NCBI RefSeq assembly: GCF_001194135.2
Contig: NC_068991.1
Coordinates: 42,395,788 to 42,459,787 of the forward strand
Direction: 5' to 3'
Source: Octopus bimaculoides
Lineage: Eukaryota
Length of the DNA: 64,000 nt
Shown: piece by piece, positions 40,483 to 52,500 of the stretch
Layout: the number at the start of each line of letters is the position of its first letter
Position numbering within the stretch: the first letter of the stretch is position 1
Program-made: the position numbers and the translations under genes
The notes under the pieces: model-generated
The model's input: the letters and a program-made list of their open reading frames with translations, nothing else
The model's database searches: none
What the model was told of the DNA's origin: nothing

Positions 40483-41263
40483 TATTTTGTATGGAAGGTT
40501 ATTTGCAAAATACTCTCTGTTAGTGTACTTGTGTATGGAAGAAAGAGAGAGAGAGAGAGGAATACATATATAGACATTATGTATCTCCATGATTTACCCA
40601 TAACTATAAAAACCATTATAACTCCTTTTCGATGCTTCACTTCATTCAGATATTCATGTTGCCAAGACATCAAGCTTTTTTTCTTTTTCATCTTACTATT
40701 TTGTTATTCATTCAAAAAGGTTTTATTCACACTTATTCTGAGATTATCCTTAACCAGGCAGGTGCTTACATCAATTACTTCAACATAAACTACATGTGTG
40801 TGTTTCCTGTTAGTTACATAGTTTAGTTATTAGCCAAGCTTCTCAATGCTTCGATGTCATAACCTGACAGGGTTTTTTATTTTTTGTGTTAGCTATTTAC
40901 TGACTATAACATTAAAGAACAACAATAAATTTTGTATAAAGGAAGTATATAATATATATTGCAAACATGTGTTTACATATAGTTTTCATTTCATATTTAA
41001 TGATCGAGTTGTTTTTTCATTTATTTTTGGGTGGAGGGAAATAGCTTAAAGAATTTTTGTAACGAAGTTGTCATGATAATGATGACACTGTGATATTATA
41101 TATATATGTGTATATGTGTGTATACGTATCTGTATATATGTATGTATATGTATGTATCTGTGTATAGGTATATAAGTATGTGTGTATATATATACATGTG
41201 TGTGTATAAATATAAACAAACTAACATTTGTTTTTTATAAGTGCTAAAATGTATATTGTAAGA

Positions 41264-41650
41264 TACAAATAAAATAGTTTATTTTCAGACTCAGAGATGT
41301 CATTAGAACAGCAGAAACATTGGGTAAATTACCCTTACAAAGTGGAAAAATTTGTTAGCAAATAGCCATGGGACTCAAGCCCACATCTCTTGAAGACTCT
41401 AGCCAAATGCTTTACCATTAAACTAAACAGCCCGCAGATAAATTTATAGCATCTAAAAAGCAGATTAATCTGTTGGTAGGCAGATTAGCTTAATGGTAAA
41501 GCACTTGGCCGGTGTCTTCAAGAGATGTGGGTTCAAGTCCCATGGCTGTTTGTTAACAAACTTTTCAGCTTTGTAAGAGTAATTCACCCAATGTTTCTGC
41601 TATTCTAATGGTGTCTAAGCATTCAAAAATAAATTATCATCTTATTTGTA
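41264..41650. mobile_element. Palindromic MITE with tRNA-like arms and TA flanks
   Basis: Near-perfect inverted repeat 41301-41610, extending imperfectly to TACAAATAA/TTATTTGTA; cloverleaf-like segment at 41479-41550. Confidence 0.8.
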
Positions 41651-43704
41651 TATATATATATGTGTGTGTATACATGTATGTATGTACATTTTTCCTTTGA
41701 GTTTTATTTAAGTTCTTGAGATAGTTCAAGTTGGTTGCTAACAAAATGACAAGGCTTAAGAAAGTCTAAGTGTATGTATAATGCAATATGTATGTATGCG
41801 TGATGCAATATGTACATATGTATGATGCAATATGTACGTATGTATGATACAATATGTATGTATGTATATGTACTTAAATTTTCTTTGTATTTTCCTACTC
41901 TTCTTCAGCTACTACTCTTTACCTATGTTTGAAATTGTGTCAAATAGCTGAAAGTTATATTAAATTTCATAGGCTAAAAAGTGATTAAATCTAGAAACTT
42001 GATTACCCTTTTGTTACCATATTTTTATTGAAATACACTGCATTTGTGTCAATCATTATTGAAAATTATGAAAAATTTAGTAAAATTACTTTGTCATTAT
42101 TAAGCTGATGTTTGGAACCTAAAATGAAAGTTTGATCGATAGTTTTTAATTTAGGTCACTTTAACTCTTCAGCATGTAAACAGACATATCGACAAAACTA
42201 TTCTATCTATTTTATGTTCAAAGCAGTCAGATCCTGCTTCTCACACCCACCCTATAATATCATTCTAAAATAAACAATTACATTGAAATCTCTTAGCTTC
42301 CTAATAATGCATGATTAATTTTAAATAATGGGAATAAATAATCATTACATCTGAAGAGCAATCTGAATGGTAAACATTGAAACATGAGATTCTATGTCAT
42401 AGATCCAGAGCAGTTTCAGGTAGGTTGGTATTAAAATGGTCAAATTAAATAGGGATTTTTAATTTTATTGTTCGAAATTAATGATTTTTTTAAATTTAAT
42501 TTATTAAACCTTTTCCTCTTTTACTTTTACATGTTTCAGTCATTAGACTGCAGCCATGTTGGGGCACTGCCTTTATTGGTTTCTTTTTTCTTTCTTTGGT
42601 GAGATTGAGCCCCAGATCAGCCCTACTGAAGCTAGAATGATCAAAGCCATTCTAGCTGTTGCCAGCCCTTTCTTTTCTTACTTTTTTTCTCTTTTGTTTA
42701 GGCATGATATATCCATCCCTTTTTTTAAGATTAACATGAGGAAGATTTGGGTCCTATTCCTAGCAGTGTGAGTGACTATGTGAAAACTCCTTTATTGCTT
42801 TGTTAATGTTTTCTTTTTGTGAACGATGTGTGTTTGATACAACAGTAAATTTATGTTGGAAATACTTTGTGCTGCAGTTTTTATCTTTCAGTTAAAACAA
42901 TTTTACTTACTGCAATAAAATCTTCAGTAAAAAGTATAAATGTAAGGCGGTGCTCCAGCATGGCCACAGTCAAGTGACTGAAACAAGTAACAGCTAAAGG
43001 AAATCCACCATCAACCTGTGTTTTACCTCCACTGATACTATAACATCCACCTCTTCTCAGAATGTGTTCACACTATGTTACTTGCACCTAAATCTACTTG
43101 ATACATTCATCTATTCTTTACATCACTCCCCTTCTCTTTGCATCTCATCTTCCAGACTCTATAATGGTTTCTGATTTAGACACAAGGCATGCAGCTTTGT
43201 GGGGTGGGGATAACTCAATACCAACTCCATATCATCAAGCCTAGTACTTGACTGGTACTTTATATTATTGACCCTGAAATGATGAAAGGCAAGTTGACCT
43301 TAGCAGGATTTGATATCATCTCAGACTTTTATTTAATCCTTCTTCCACAGAAATACATCCCTCTGAAATTTCATTTCATTCCATTTCTTTCTCTAACCAC
43401 CAAATTACACTTCAAACTGGACACTAAGCAGACTAACCTCTCTCTCTTTCTCTCATCTTTATGTTCCAATTTATGAGAACAAGCTTTGGTCATTACTTCT
43501 CTTTTTCCTTTTTTTCCCCAATGCATTTACAAATGTTTAGAAAACAAAATGAGTCAACTCTATGGTTTCATTAAGAAATCATTATTCTTATCTTTTCTGT
43601 TTAATAAATGGCATTTCTGTAAGTACAATCTCCCAATAGAAATCTCAAAGTTTTGGAAGACACTTTTCATTTGTTTGCATAATATGGCTGTGTATGTATG
43701 TATT

Positions 43705-43788
<84 letters not shown>

Positions 43789-44010
43789 TACATATGTTTG
43801 CATGCAATATGTGTTTGCATGTATACTTATGTATGAATGTATGTATCCGTATGTATATGCTTGTGCTATGTGTATGAAGCAATTTTTTAATGCAAGAAAG
43901 AGAATGAGAAACTTGGAAGATTATTTCAGAGATTGAAGTGTTGCATAAAAGAATAAATACATTGATAGTCATCTGTAAATAACGAATATAAACTACTATG
44001 CAATAAGAAC

Positions 44011-44043
<33 letters not shown>

Positions 44044-46061
44044 CAGTAGCAGCAGTAGCAGTAGTAATATAAGGCTTTGGTTAGTTATGAACTTTTCGTT
44101 ATGCAGAGTTTTGAACATTTGCTGTAATGTTTTTCAGATATTTCTAGCTAATATATCATTTTATTGATTTCCTTCTTATCAGTTTGCTAAGGATTTGGGG
44201 TAACAAAAATAAGAAAAATAAAGTAGAAATAAATTGTTTTATCGTTATCAACATCATCATCATCACCATCATTGTTGTCGTGTTAATGAAGCCCATGCTT
44301 GAGTAGAAAATTGGTTTTGACTACAATGCCATGGATGTGTTAAAAGAGTAAACCTTGCTGGATACCATTAGTACTATCTCTGATAGAATCTTTCTCTGGA
44401 AGTTGGAAAAAATTATCTGTCCCTACAAGCAAGCTATTAATTTTGAAAGAATAATTCTAGTGAGCTTCTAGCAAACTATGACTATGACCAAGTTTTTAAT
44501 TTTGCTTAAGACATATCTCTTTAGGTTTGACTCAAACTTATAAAATGCAGTCATTGTAAATAGTTTTGAGAGGAAGCAACCCACTTGTAAGTTGTAAGTC
44601 TCCAGTGGGGCCTCAAAGGGTTACAGGCCATATTTATTTCATAGTAACCATACAGTTGCAGCTGAGTAAGTTATTTGGTTGCTGTCACCAACACTGCACT
44701 CTGTCCCTGCCAAAGATATATAACTTCTTAAAATCATAGTCTACTTCCAACAAATAAGGCAACTTCATACAAGAAAACAGCTCACTGCAGTAAACAACAG
44801 GATTTCAGTATGTCATATTTATTCATGTATATTCATGTTTAGTATGTACTTGTGTATAATGCACAGATCTAATTACAGGCAATGAACTCCCAGAAAAAAT
44901 ATCTCTCATGTATAATATACATTGACTTATTCTTTAGTATTATGGTATATGGAAAAAAAGAGAATTTTGTCCAGATTTATTATAATTACTGTACATAACA
45001 CATTGAAGAAGTTGACACATACTAAGCAAACTTTGCCAGAAGCATCACTGCAGGGTTTATGGTATCACAACAACAGTGATGCCTGTGTGGCTATAGCAGT
45101 CACGACCAATGGATGATGATGACAAAAACAATGACGACGACGGCACAGCTTAAACCACCTTGCTTCTAGAATCATACAACAGCAACTGTTATTCTTGACT
45201 ACAACAACATCTCATACAACCTGTTGAATTATTTTATTGTAAATATTTCTTTTCTATTGTTGGCTGTAAGAACAATACATTGTTCTATTTAACCATAAAT
45301 AAACATTTTTGTTCTTAAAACAACTTTCAGATAGAATTACTATTCTTGCATTCATCTATACCAACTTAACCAAATCAATACACTGGTGACAACCAAAATT
45401 CAGAAATATTATTTACATTTAACCCTCCCTTAAAATTGCTTTTGCTGTTATTTTCTCTGTGTGTATAGGCATCGAAGAAGATTCCTTTAGGTTGATTAAT
45501 CTTCACATATTTCCTGGTCTTTGGTGATTTTGTTTTTGTTTTTTTTTTCTCTGTTTTTATATGCTTTTTTTACAATTCACTGGATAAGAATTTGAATGTT
45601 AGTGGTTTTGTATATTCTAAATGAATTAGGATGACAGGTCAAGTTAAAAGGATGCCAGATGAACAGCCAAGTGGTCAGCTTTGTGTATTCTATCAACAGT
45701 GCTGTGTACCTGGCCAAGATATTAAAATTACCAATGACCCAATGTACTTAGTTGTAAATAGGCACTGTGGATTAGGAACAATTCTCAAATGAAGGATTCA
45801 TTAGCTTCCATTGCTGCATTCAGCTATTCATGTGAGAATAACATGGAAAGAAATGGTTTGTAGAAGACAAATCATCACTAGATCTGTACTACTTGGAGTC
45901 TTGTACTGTTCGGGACATGTTATATTCTACTTTTATCCCTGTACAGGTGGAAAACCTCATTATGTCAATCACTCTTATAAGAAACAGGATGGGACTATTA
46001 TCTGTTTAGTTTAATACAAATGAGATAAAGTGTTTTGTCAGAAGGTCCTGATAATCTACAT

Positions 46062-47125
46062 TATCATCATCATCATTTAACATCTGTTTTCCATGCTGAC
46101 ATGGGTTGGATGGGTTGACTGAAAACTGGTAAGCTGGGGAGCTGCAGCAGGTTCCAATCTGATTTGGCAGTTTCTACAGCTGGATGCCCTTCCTAACACC
46201 AACCACTCCAAGAGTGTAGTGGGTGCTTTTTATGTGCTACCACCACATCAGCATCGGCCACAACTACAATCTCACATGGCTTCACAGGTCTTCTCAAGCA
46301 TGGTATATTGTCAGTGGTCTCGGTTACTAGTCCCTGCCTCCATGAGGCCCAAAGTTCAAAGGGTGCTTTTTACATGCCACCAGTATGGGTGCCAGTTACA
46401 TGACACTGGCATTGGCCATGACTACAGTTTCACTTGGCTTCACAGGTCTTCTCAAGCACACTATATCGCCCATCATTTGAAGGCCCTTTTTATGTGCGAG
46501 TTACACAATACTGGCATCAGCCACAACTGCGATTTCACTTGGCTTGATATGTCTTCTCATGCACTGCATATCACCAAAGGTCTCAGTCCTTGTCATTGCC
46601 TCTATGAGGCCCAACATTCGAAGATCAGGCTTCACCACCTTGTCCCATGTCTTGCTGGGTCTACCTCTTCCACAGGTTCCCTCCACAGTTAAAGATCGGC
46701 TCTTCCTCACACAGCTGTCCTCCCCATATGCATCATGTGACCATACCAGTGCAGTCATCTCTCTTGCACATTACATCTGATGCCTCTTATGCCCAAATTT
46801 TCTCTCAAGATGCTTATACTTTGTCATACATGCACACTGACATTGCACATTCAGCAAAGCATACTAGCTTCATTTCTTTCAAGCCTTTGCATGTCCTTGG
46901 TGGTCACAGCCCATGATTCACTGCTGTGTAGCATGGCTGTTCACACACAGGCATTGTACAATCTGCCTTTCATTCTAAGGAAGAGGCCCTTTGTTAGCAA
47001 CAGAGGTAGGAGCTCTCTGAACTTTACCCAGCCTATTCTTATTCTAGCAGCTACCCTCTTGGAGAATCCACCTCTGCTACTGACTTGGTCACCTAGGTAA
47101 TGGAAGCTGTCAACTATTTCTAGTT
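46062..47125 (-). mobile_element. RTE LINE 3' fragment (post-RT coding region, 3' UTR and (TGA)n tail)
   Basis: LEIVDSFHYLGDQV..AARIRIGWVKFRELLPLL..GRLYNACV..RRLHWYGH..GRGRPSKTW. Confidence 0.9.
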
Positions 47126-47215
47126 TTCTCCCTATTTTATTGTGAAGAATGATTCATCTTTGTTTCTTTTTGTTATTAATTTTATTTCTGATTTTTTTTC
47201 TGTTTTATTTTTCAG

Positions 47216-47434
47216 AGCACATCCAAAAGAATTTCTCTGGTTAACGCTGAAATTTCTGAAAGCCACATGGACAAAAAAAGTTATGCTTTCCGAATTAAAC
47301 CGAGAAATCATCGCCGTGCCTTTTATATACATGCTGAAAATGAATTAGAGCAAAACAACTGGATGCAAGCAATCTGCTTTGCCAAGGCAGCCGGTCGACT
47401 TGGTGACAACTCTCAGGCATGTGTTCTCCAATGA
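47216..47434 (+). CDS. Terminal coding exon of a PH-domain protein ending in a CaaX box
   Basis: Long polypyrimidine tract and ttcag acceptor (AG 47214-47215). The phase-0 open frame STSKRISLVNAEISEATWTKKSYAFRIKPRNHRRAFYIHAENELEQNNWMQAICFAKAAGRLGDNSQACVLQ* shows PH beta4-beta7 and the helix with the invariant Trp. Upstream exons were not identified. Confidence 0.85.
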   Translation, partial: STSKRISLVNAEISESHMDKKSYAFRIKPRNHRRAFYIHAENELEQNNWMQAICFAKAAGRLGDNSQACVLQ

Positions 47435-48691
47435 TAATGGCCTCTGTGTTTATCTGGTTACTATAAGGGAGGGTGGGGTGATAGAACAGACAGAAAGGTT
47501 CACAGTGGTACAAAGCAGTAACATATGTGACTAAGGTACTAAAAACAGTACCTCCGAAATCATCACCATCATCATCATCACCATCATCGTCATAAACATA
47601 TAGAATATTCCAATGATGAAAAGAAAATGAACATATACAATGTCATAATTCTGGAAAAATCGAAAATTTTGCAGAGGACAGAATCCCTTTTCAAACTGAC
47701 CAAGCAATAAGGCAGCTTTAAGATAGCTCTCAAAATCATGAATTCAAAATCGATTTTGTTAAACTGGAAAAACAAAAAAAAAGTTTTTATTTTCAAAAGT
47801 TTTCTTTCATTTAAAAAAAAAAGTTTCTTGTTTTCGATACTTTTTATTATTTTTTCAAATCAATTTTTTCCCCCTTTCCTTTAAAATTGTGTTTGAAATT
47901 TTATTTATCTTTTACTGCTCTTTTTTTTTTTTTTTCAAAATTTATATTTGTTTTTACATTTGTCCTGTTTATATTTTTTTAAAAAGGCTTATGTTAATTC
48001 CAGCCATTTTTAAATGTACACATTTCTTTAATTTATTCAACAATGTGTGTGTATGTGTGTGTGTGTGTGTGTGTAATATATGTAAAAACACACAATCATA
48101 AATTCACACTTGTGTTTTCAAGTGTTCAGTTGCTAGAGTATGGGTGTGTTGTGTATACATAGTTCATATGTACATATATGTATACACCTTAAGTATGGTT
48201 GTTTGTGTGGTTGGCTATGGATGCATGTGGACACACTCAGCTATTCTGCTCATCTCTGTGACCCTATTATACATGTTAATTTCAACTTATTTATTTTAAA
48301 AGGCGCTGAAACAGCTAAAGTGAGGAGCAAATGCTCCTCGGACTGATCTAAAACCTGATACATAATACTGTTTATAAGATTACCTTTTCTATGTTTTCTT
48401 CCCCTTTATTTATTCATTTTTCCTTTTCCTTCTCTTTTTTCTTTTTTTTTTTTTTTTGCCAAATTGATTTTCCTTCTCTTTATTTTTTTTGTTGCCAAAT
48501 TGATCATCCGGTAGTTTCTGTTTTGTTGTTTACTCCATGTGATTATTTTCCCTTTGTTTTTTTCATGGCTTTTTTTACAACACCAAATTGTTGAATTGGT
48601 GATGTAGTGAAAATAATTAATAACATAGAATCCTGTCAGTTACATGTAGAACTATAATAGTGGCCCTCTACACTAATTTATTCATAGTATT

Positions 48692-48745
<54 letters not shown>

Positions 48746-49118
48746 TAGCAACAACAAATGTTAGTTATTTAATACCAAGTATACACACTTCCACTTACTT
48801 ATTTCATCATGCAAATTTTAAGGTATTAAAGTTGTGTGGAGGAAGGACAATTGAGGGTTTTTTTTTAAATATTTGTTTTCTTCATCACTTAACTCCAATT
48901 TGACTTTTCCTACATGAAATGGAATGAACCTTCTTTGGCAAGATACAGCTAGAATAAATTATTAAATAAGAAATACAAGAGTAAATCAGAATAAAAGATG
49001 TTTTTTAAGAAACTCATTTATAAAAAAAAGTAAAAGGCTAGATGCCCTTTTTTCATGTTGTTGTTCTTGTTTGCTTGTCTTTTTCCCTTTTTTTCAACAC
49101 CAATATGTTGTTGTTGTT

Positions 49119-49142
49119 ATAATAATAATAATAATAATAATG

Positions 49143-49223
<81 letters not shown>
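49119..49223. repeat. (TAA)n-(TTA)n self-complementary microsatellite
   Basis: About 18 TAA units followed directly by about 17 TTA units. Confidence 0.95.
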
Positions 49224-49225
<2 letters not shown>

Positions 49226-49534
49226 GGCAGTAAGCTAGCAGAATTGCTAGCATGCCAGGCAAAATGCTTAAGAGCATTTTATCTGTCTTCATGTTCTTAG
49301 TTCAAATTCTGCTATGGTTGACTTTGCCTTTCATCTTTTGGGGATCGATAAAATGGTACCAGTTGGTCACTGGGGGTCAATGTATTTGACTTGGTCACTG
49401 GGGTCGATGTATTCGCCTTTCATCCTTTTGAGGTTGATAAAATAAAGTACCAGTAAAGCACTGGGGCTAGCTAATATATATTCTGCTAATTCCCTCTCCT
49501 CAAAATTGCTGGCCTTGTACCTAAATTACAAACC
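49224..49534 (+). mobile_element. tRNA-derived SINE family A with internal duplication
   Basis: Head aggcagtaagctagcagaattgctagca; duplicated ggtcactggggg..tg segment; (ATT)n on both sides. Confidence 0.85.
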
Positions 49535-52500
49535 ATTATTATTATCATTATTAATTAATTAATTAGTTAATAATGATGCCATTTTTTTATGGTTGTACTC
49601 CAGCATGCCTTAGCTATGATACTTAACATAAACTAGAGAACTTCTTAGGTTTTTATATATATGACACACTGTTTCAATCATTCAATGTGATAGAGTGGAA
49701 GTGATGGCTTTGTATCTAAATAACTTTCAATTAACAGTTTTTAACTGGCAGCTCCACATATTCGGATTGGTCTAAATGGAGAAGTTTCTTAATTAATTGG
49801 TATTATTCTTTTTTTTTTTTCTTTCTTGTTTTTGTTCTATTTTTGTTGTTGATATTAATGCAAATCATTCCAGCAGATTCCCATTTTCATATTTTTAATT
49901 GTGTTACTATTGAGAGGAAAATAACAATAAAGTGTCGTTGTTATTATTATTATTATTATTGCCATTATTGTCGTCATGATCATCGTCATCATCATGAATC
50001 AGTAAGGATGATGGACAGTAGAATGTGCAAATAAATACAGCATTTAGATTTCTCATTCTTGGTCCAAAGTTCAAATCCTGTTAGAGATTTGATAAAATAA
50101 GTAGCGATAATTTAATTGGGTTCATTCTATTAGGCATACTCCTGACTTTGATGATTGGCTTTGCGCCTAATCAAAATATACCATCACCACCACCATTACT
50201 ACAATCACCACTACAACCACCATAATCATTATTGTCAATGTTGTCATCATCACCATCATCATCATATTATTATTATTATTATTATTTTAAAAATTGCAAG
50301 CAATTTCATTTTTTTAACATTAATTTAAACTTTTTGCAATAAATCCATGGAAGCTCCTTTTTGTACTATTTTTTCTCCTTTACATATTTTCAAATGGATA
50401 TATGNNNNNNNNNNNNNNNNNNNNNNNNNNNNNNNNNNNNNNNNNNNNNNNNNNNNNNNNNNNNNNNNNNNNNNNNNNNNNNNNNNNNNNNNNNNNNNNN
50501 NNNNNNNNNNNNNNNNNNNNNNNNNNNNNNNNNNNNNNNNNATATATATATATATATATACACACACACATACAAACACACGCATACACATTATATAATA
50601 TATATAATGTGTACATATAAAATCATTTCTATTTTTATGCTTATATTAAAAGAAAAGAAGGTAAAAAGGAAGTTTATAGTTTATATTACTTCCTGTGTAC
50701 ATTTTGTTTAAAATGCTAAAAATAAAATGGGATTCTACTTTTTAATTTAATTTTAAAAAAGTTGCTAATGTTAGCAAATGTCACATTGTCACAATTCAAT
50801 TCAATGTTTTGTTGCTTTAAAAAATTTTTTGTTTTGTTTTGTTTTTTTCTCTATGTAGTTTGCAAATCAAATGTCATGTTGTAATAGAACTTTCACACTG
50901 AGAGGAGTTATGAAACAGCTAAGCAAATCAGGCAATACAATAACAATATACGATATAGTTAACAGTTCTTATTAATTGTTATATATTTTGTGTTGTTAAA
51001 TTTATACCCTTTCATTAAATTGAAATGAATGAAAAGTAATCCAAGCATTATTGACTACATATGTATAAAAACATGTGTGTGTGTGTGTGTGTTGTAACTA
51101 GAATTATAAATTTATGCCCAAAGGTTTTGTTTACCCATCCTCATTTGAGTGCAGCAGTAGGGTATCTTTAGGTATAAGTTTGTAATTCTATGTGCAGTTT
51201 ATGTACGCACACCTGCATACTTCAGATTCTATGCACTACCGCCATAAGTATGTATCAAGCACTCTTATGTTTTTTCACAAAAAAAAAAAGGCATAACTAG
51301 TACACACATGTGTATGTGTGTGTATGTATGTTCACATATAATACTTGTACACACAAAATATTGTTTTAGGGTCATCAATGTGGCCTTGTCACTTACGTGT
51401 TCAACTCCGGAACAGAAAGCTGGTTCAGTTCCAGTTTACAAACTGAGATTTAATTTTAATCTTTTCTCCAGTATCTGTTACAACAACTGGTCTACTGTTC
51501 CAATCAAAGCATTCTGCTGAGAAAATGACTCAACCCTTGGCTCTCTGATTTGAATGTCATGTGACCACCATGGTGGGGTGGAGTCTGTATAATGTTAAAT
51601 AACTTTTAATTTGTTAATCACTATATATAAAGAATGACACCAATTTAATGATTTTCTTGTTAAATTTTTATCATTTTCCAAGTTAACATTTAATTTGAAA
51701 AATTTCCTCTCTAAATATCATTTAAAACTTTATGCAATGTTCATAAGTTTTCTTTGTTCTGGCAAATATATCTCTTGAATATAGCCAACTATTTAATGTT
51801 TAAAGGCTATGACCAACAAAGAAACTCTTTTGTAAATCATTCAGCCTGCTAAAAGTACATCATTATCTTCACTTATTTCAAACCAATTCCATTTGAAACG
51901 CTGAGATCTTATATTCCATATCTTAGTCTTTTCTGTCAAAAATAGTCAACACAGCACATGACAAACTATAGCTGTAGTCTTTAACAGAGTAACATCACGT
52001 AACCATGTCTAACTCCTCAGCTTTAAAGGTGCATTTAGCAAAGGGTTCAGTGTTAGAGTATTAGTTTTGACTATGTAAATTAACAAACTGCTTATTAGCT
52101 TATAGATATGTTTTTTTCAAATTTGGCTGTTGGGAACAATCCAATTTTTTTTGTACTTCTAGTAAATTCCATTTGAATTGTTTGGATTTTGTATTTAAAA
52201 AGTTGACTATACAGTTTTTCAAACTTTAGGTAACTCATTTCATTGATTAATCAGTTTAGCAACAGCGATGTCATGAACATATTACATAGCTGTTTTCACT
52301 TAAGAAATCAGTTATAAAATATGAAGTTTTAAATGTAAAACTAAGAATCTATTGTTATATTTAAGGATGGCTTTTTTTTTTTTCCAATTAACCACTGTAT
52401 ACTTGTCCTTCACTTCAGCTTTATTACTCTTCTTATTTTAGTATCCTTTGTCTGAAATTTTTCATCACACATCCTGTGACCTCTTCAATAAAGTATATAG

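Noticed and set aside
41479-41550. Functional tRNA gene
   Set aside because: The anticodon loop is 11 nt, the acceptor stem is imperfect, and it is embedded in a palindromic repeat. Kept as tRNA-derived only.
43541-43618. Possible exon (tttag...gtaagt) encoding [23 protein letters not shown]
   Set aside because: The splice-like ends are good but the peptide is only vaguely PH-like, and its phase-1 end does not join the phase-0 terminal exon. Needs RNA-seq.
45811-46014. ORF with KKWFV..LYY and TGGKPHY resembling PH or zinc-finger motifs
   Set aside because: The motifs are in different frames, the spacing is wrong, and there are no convincing splice sites.
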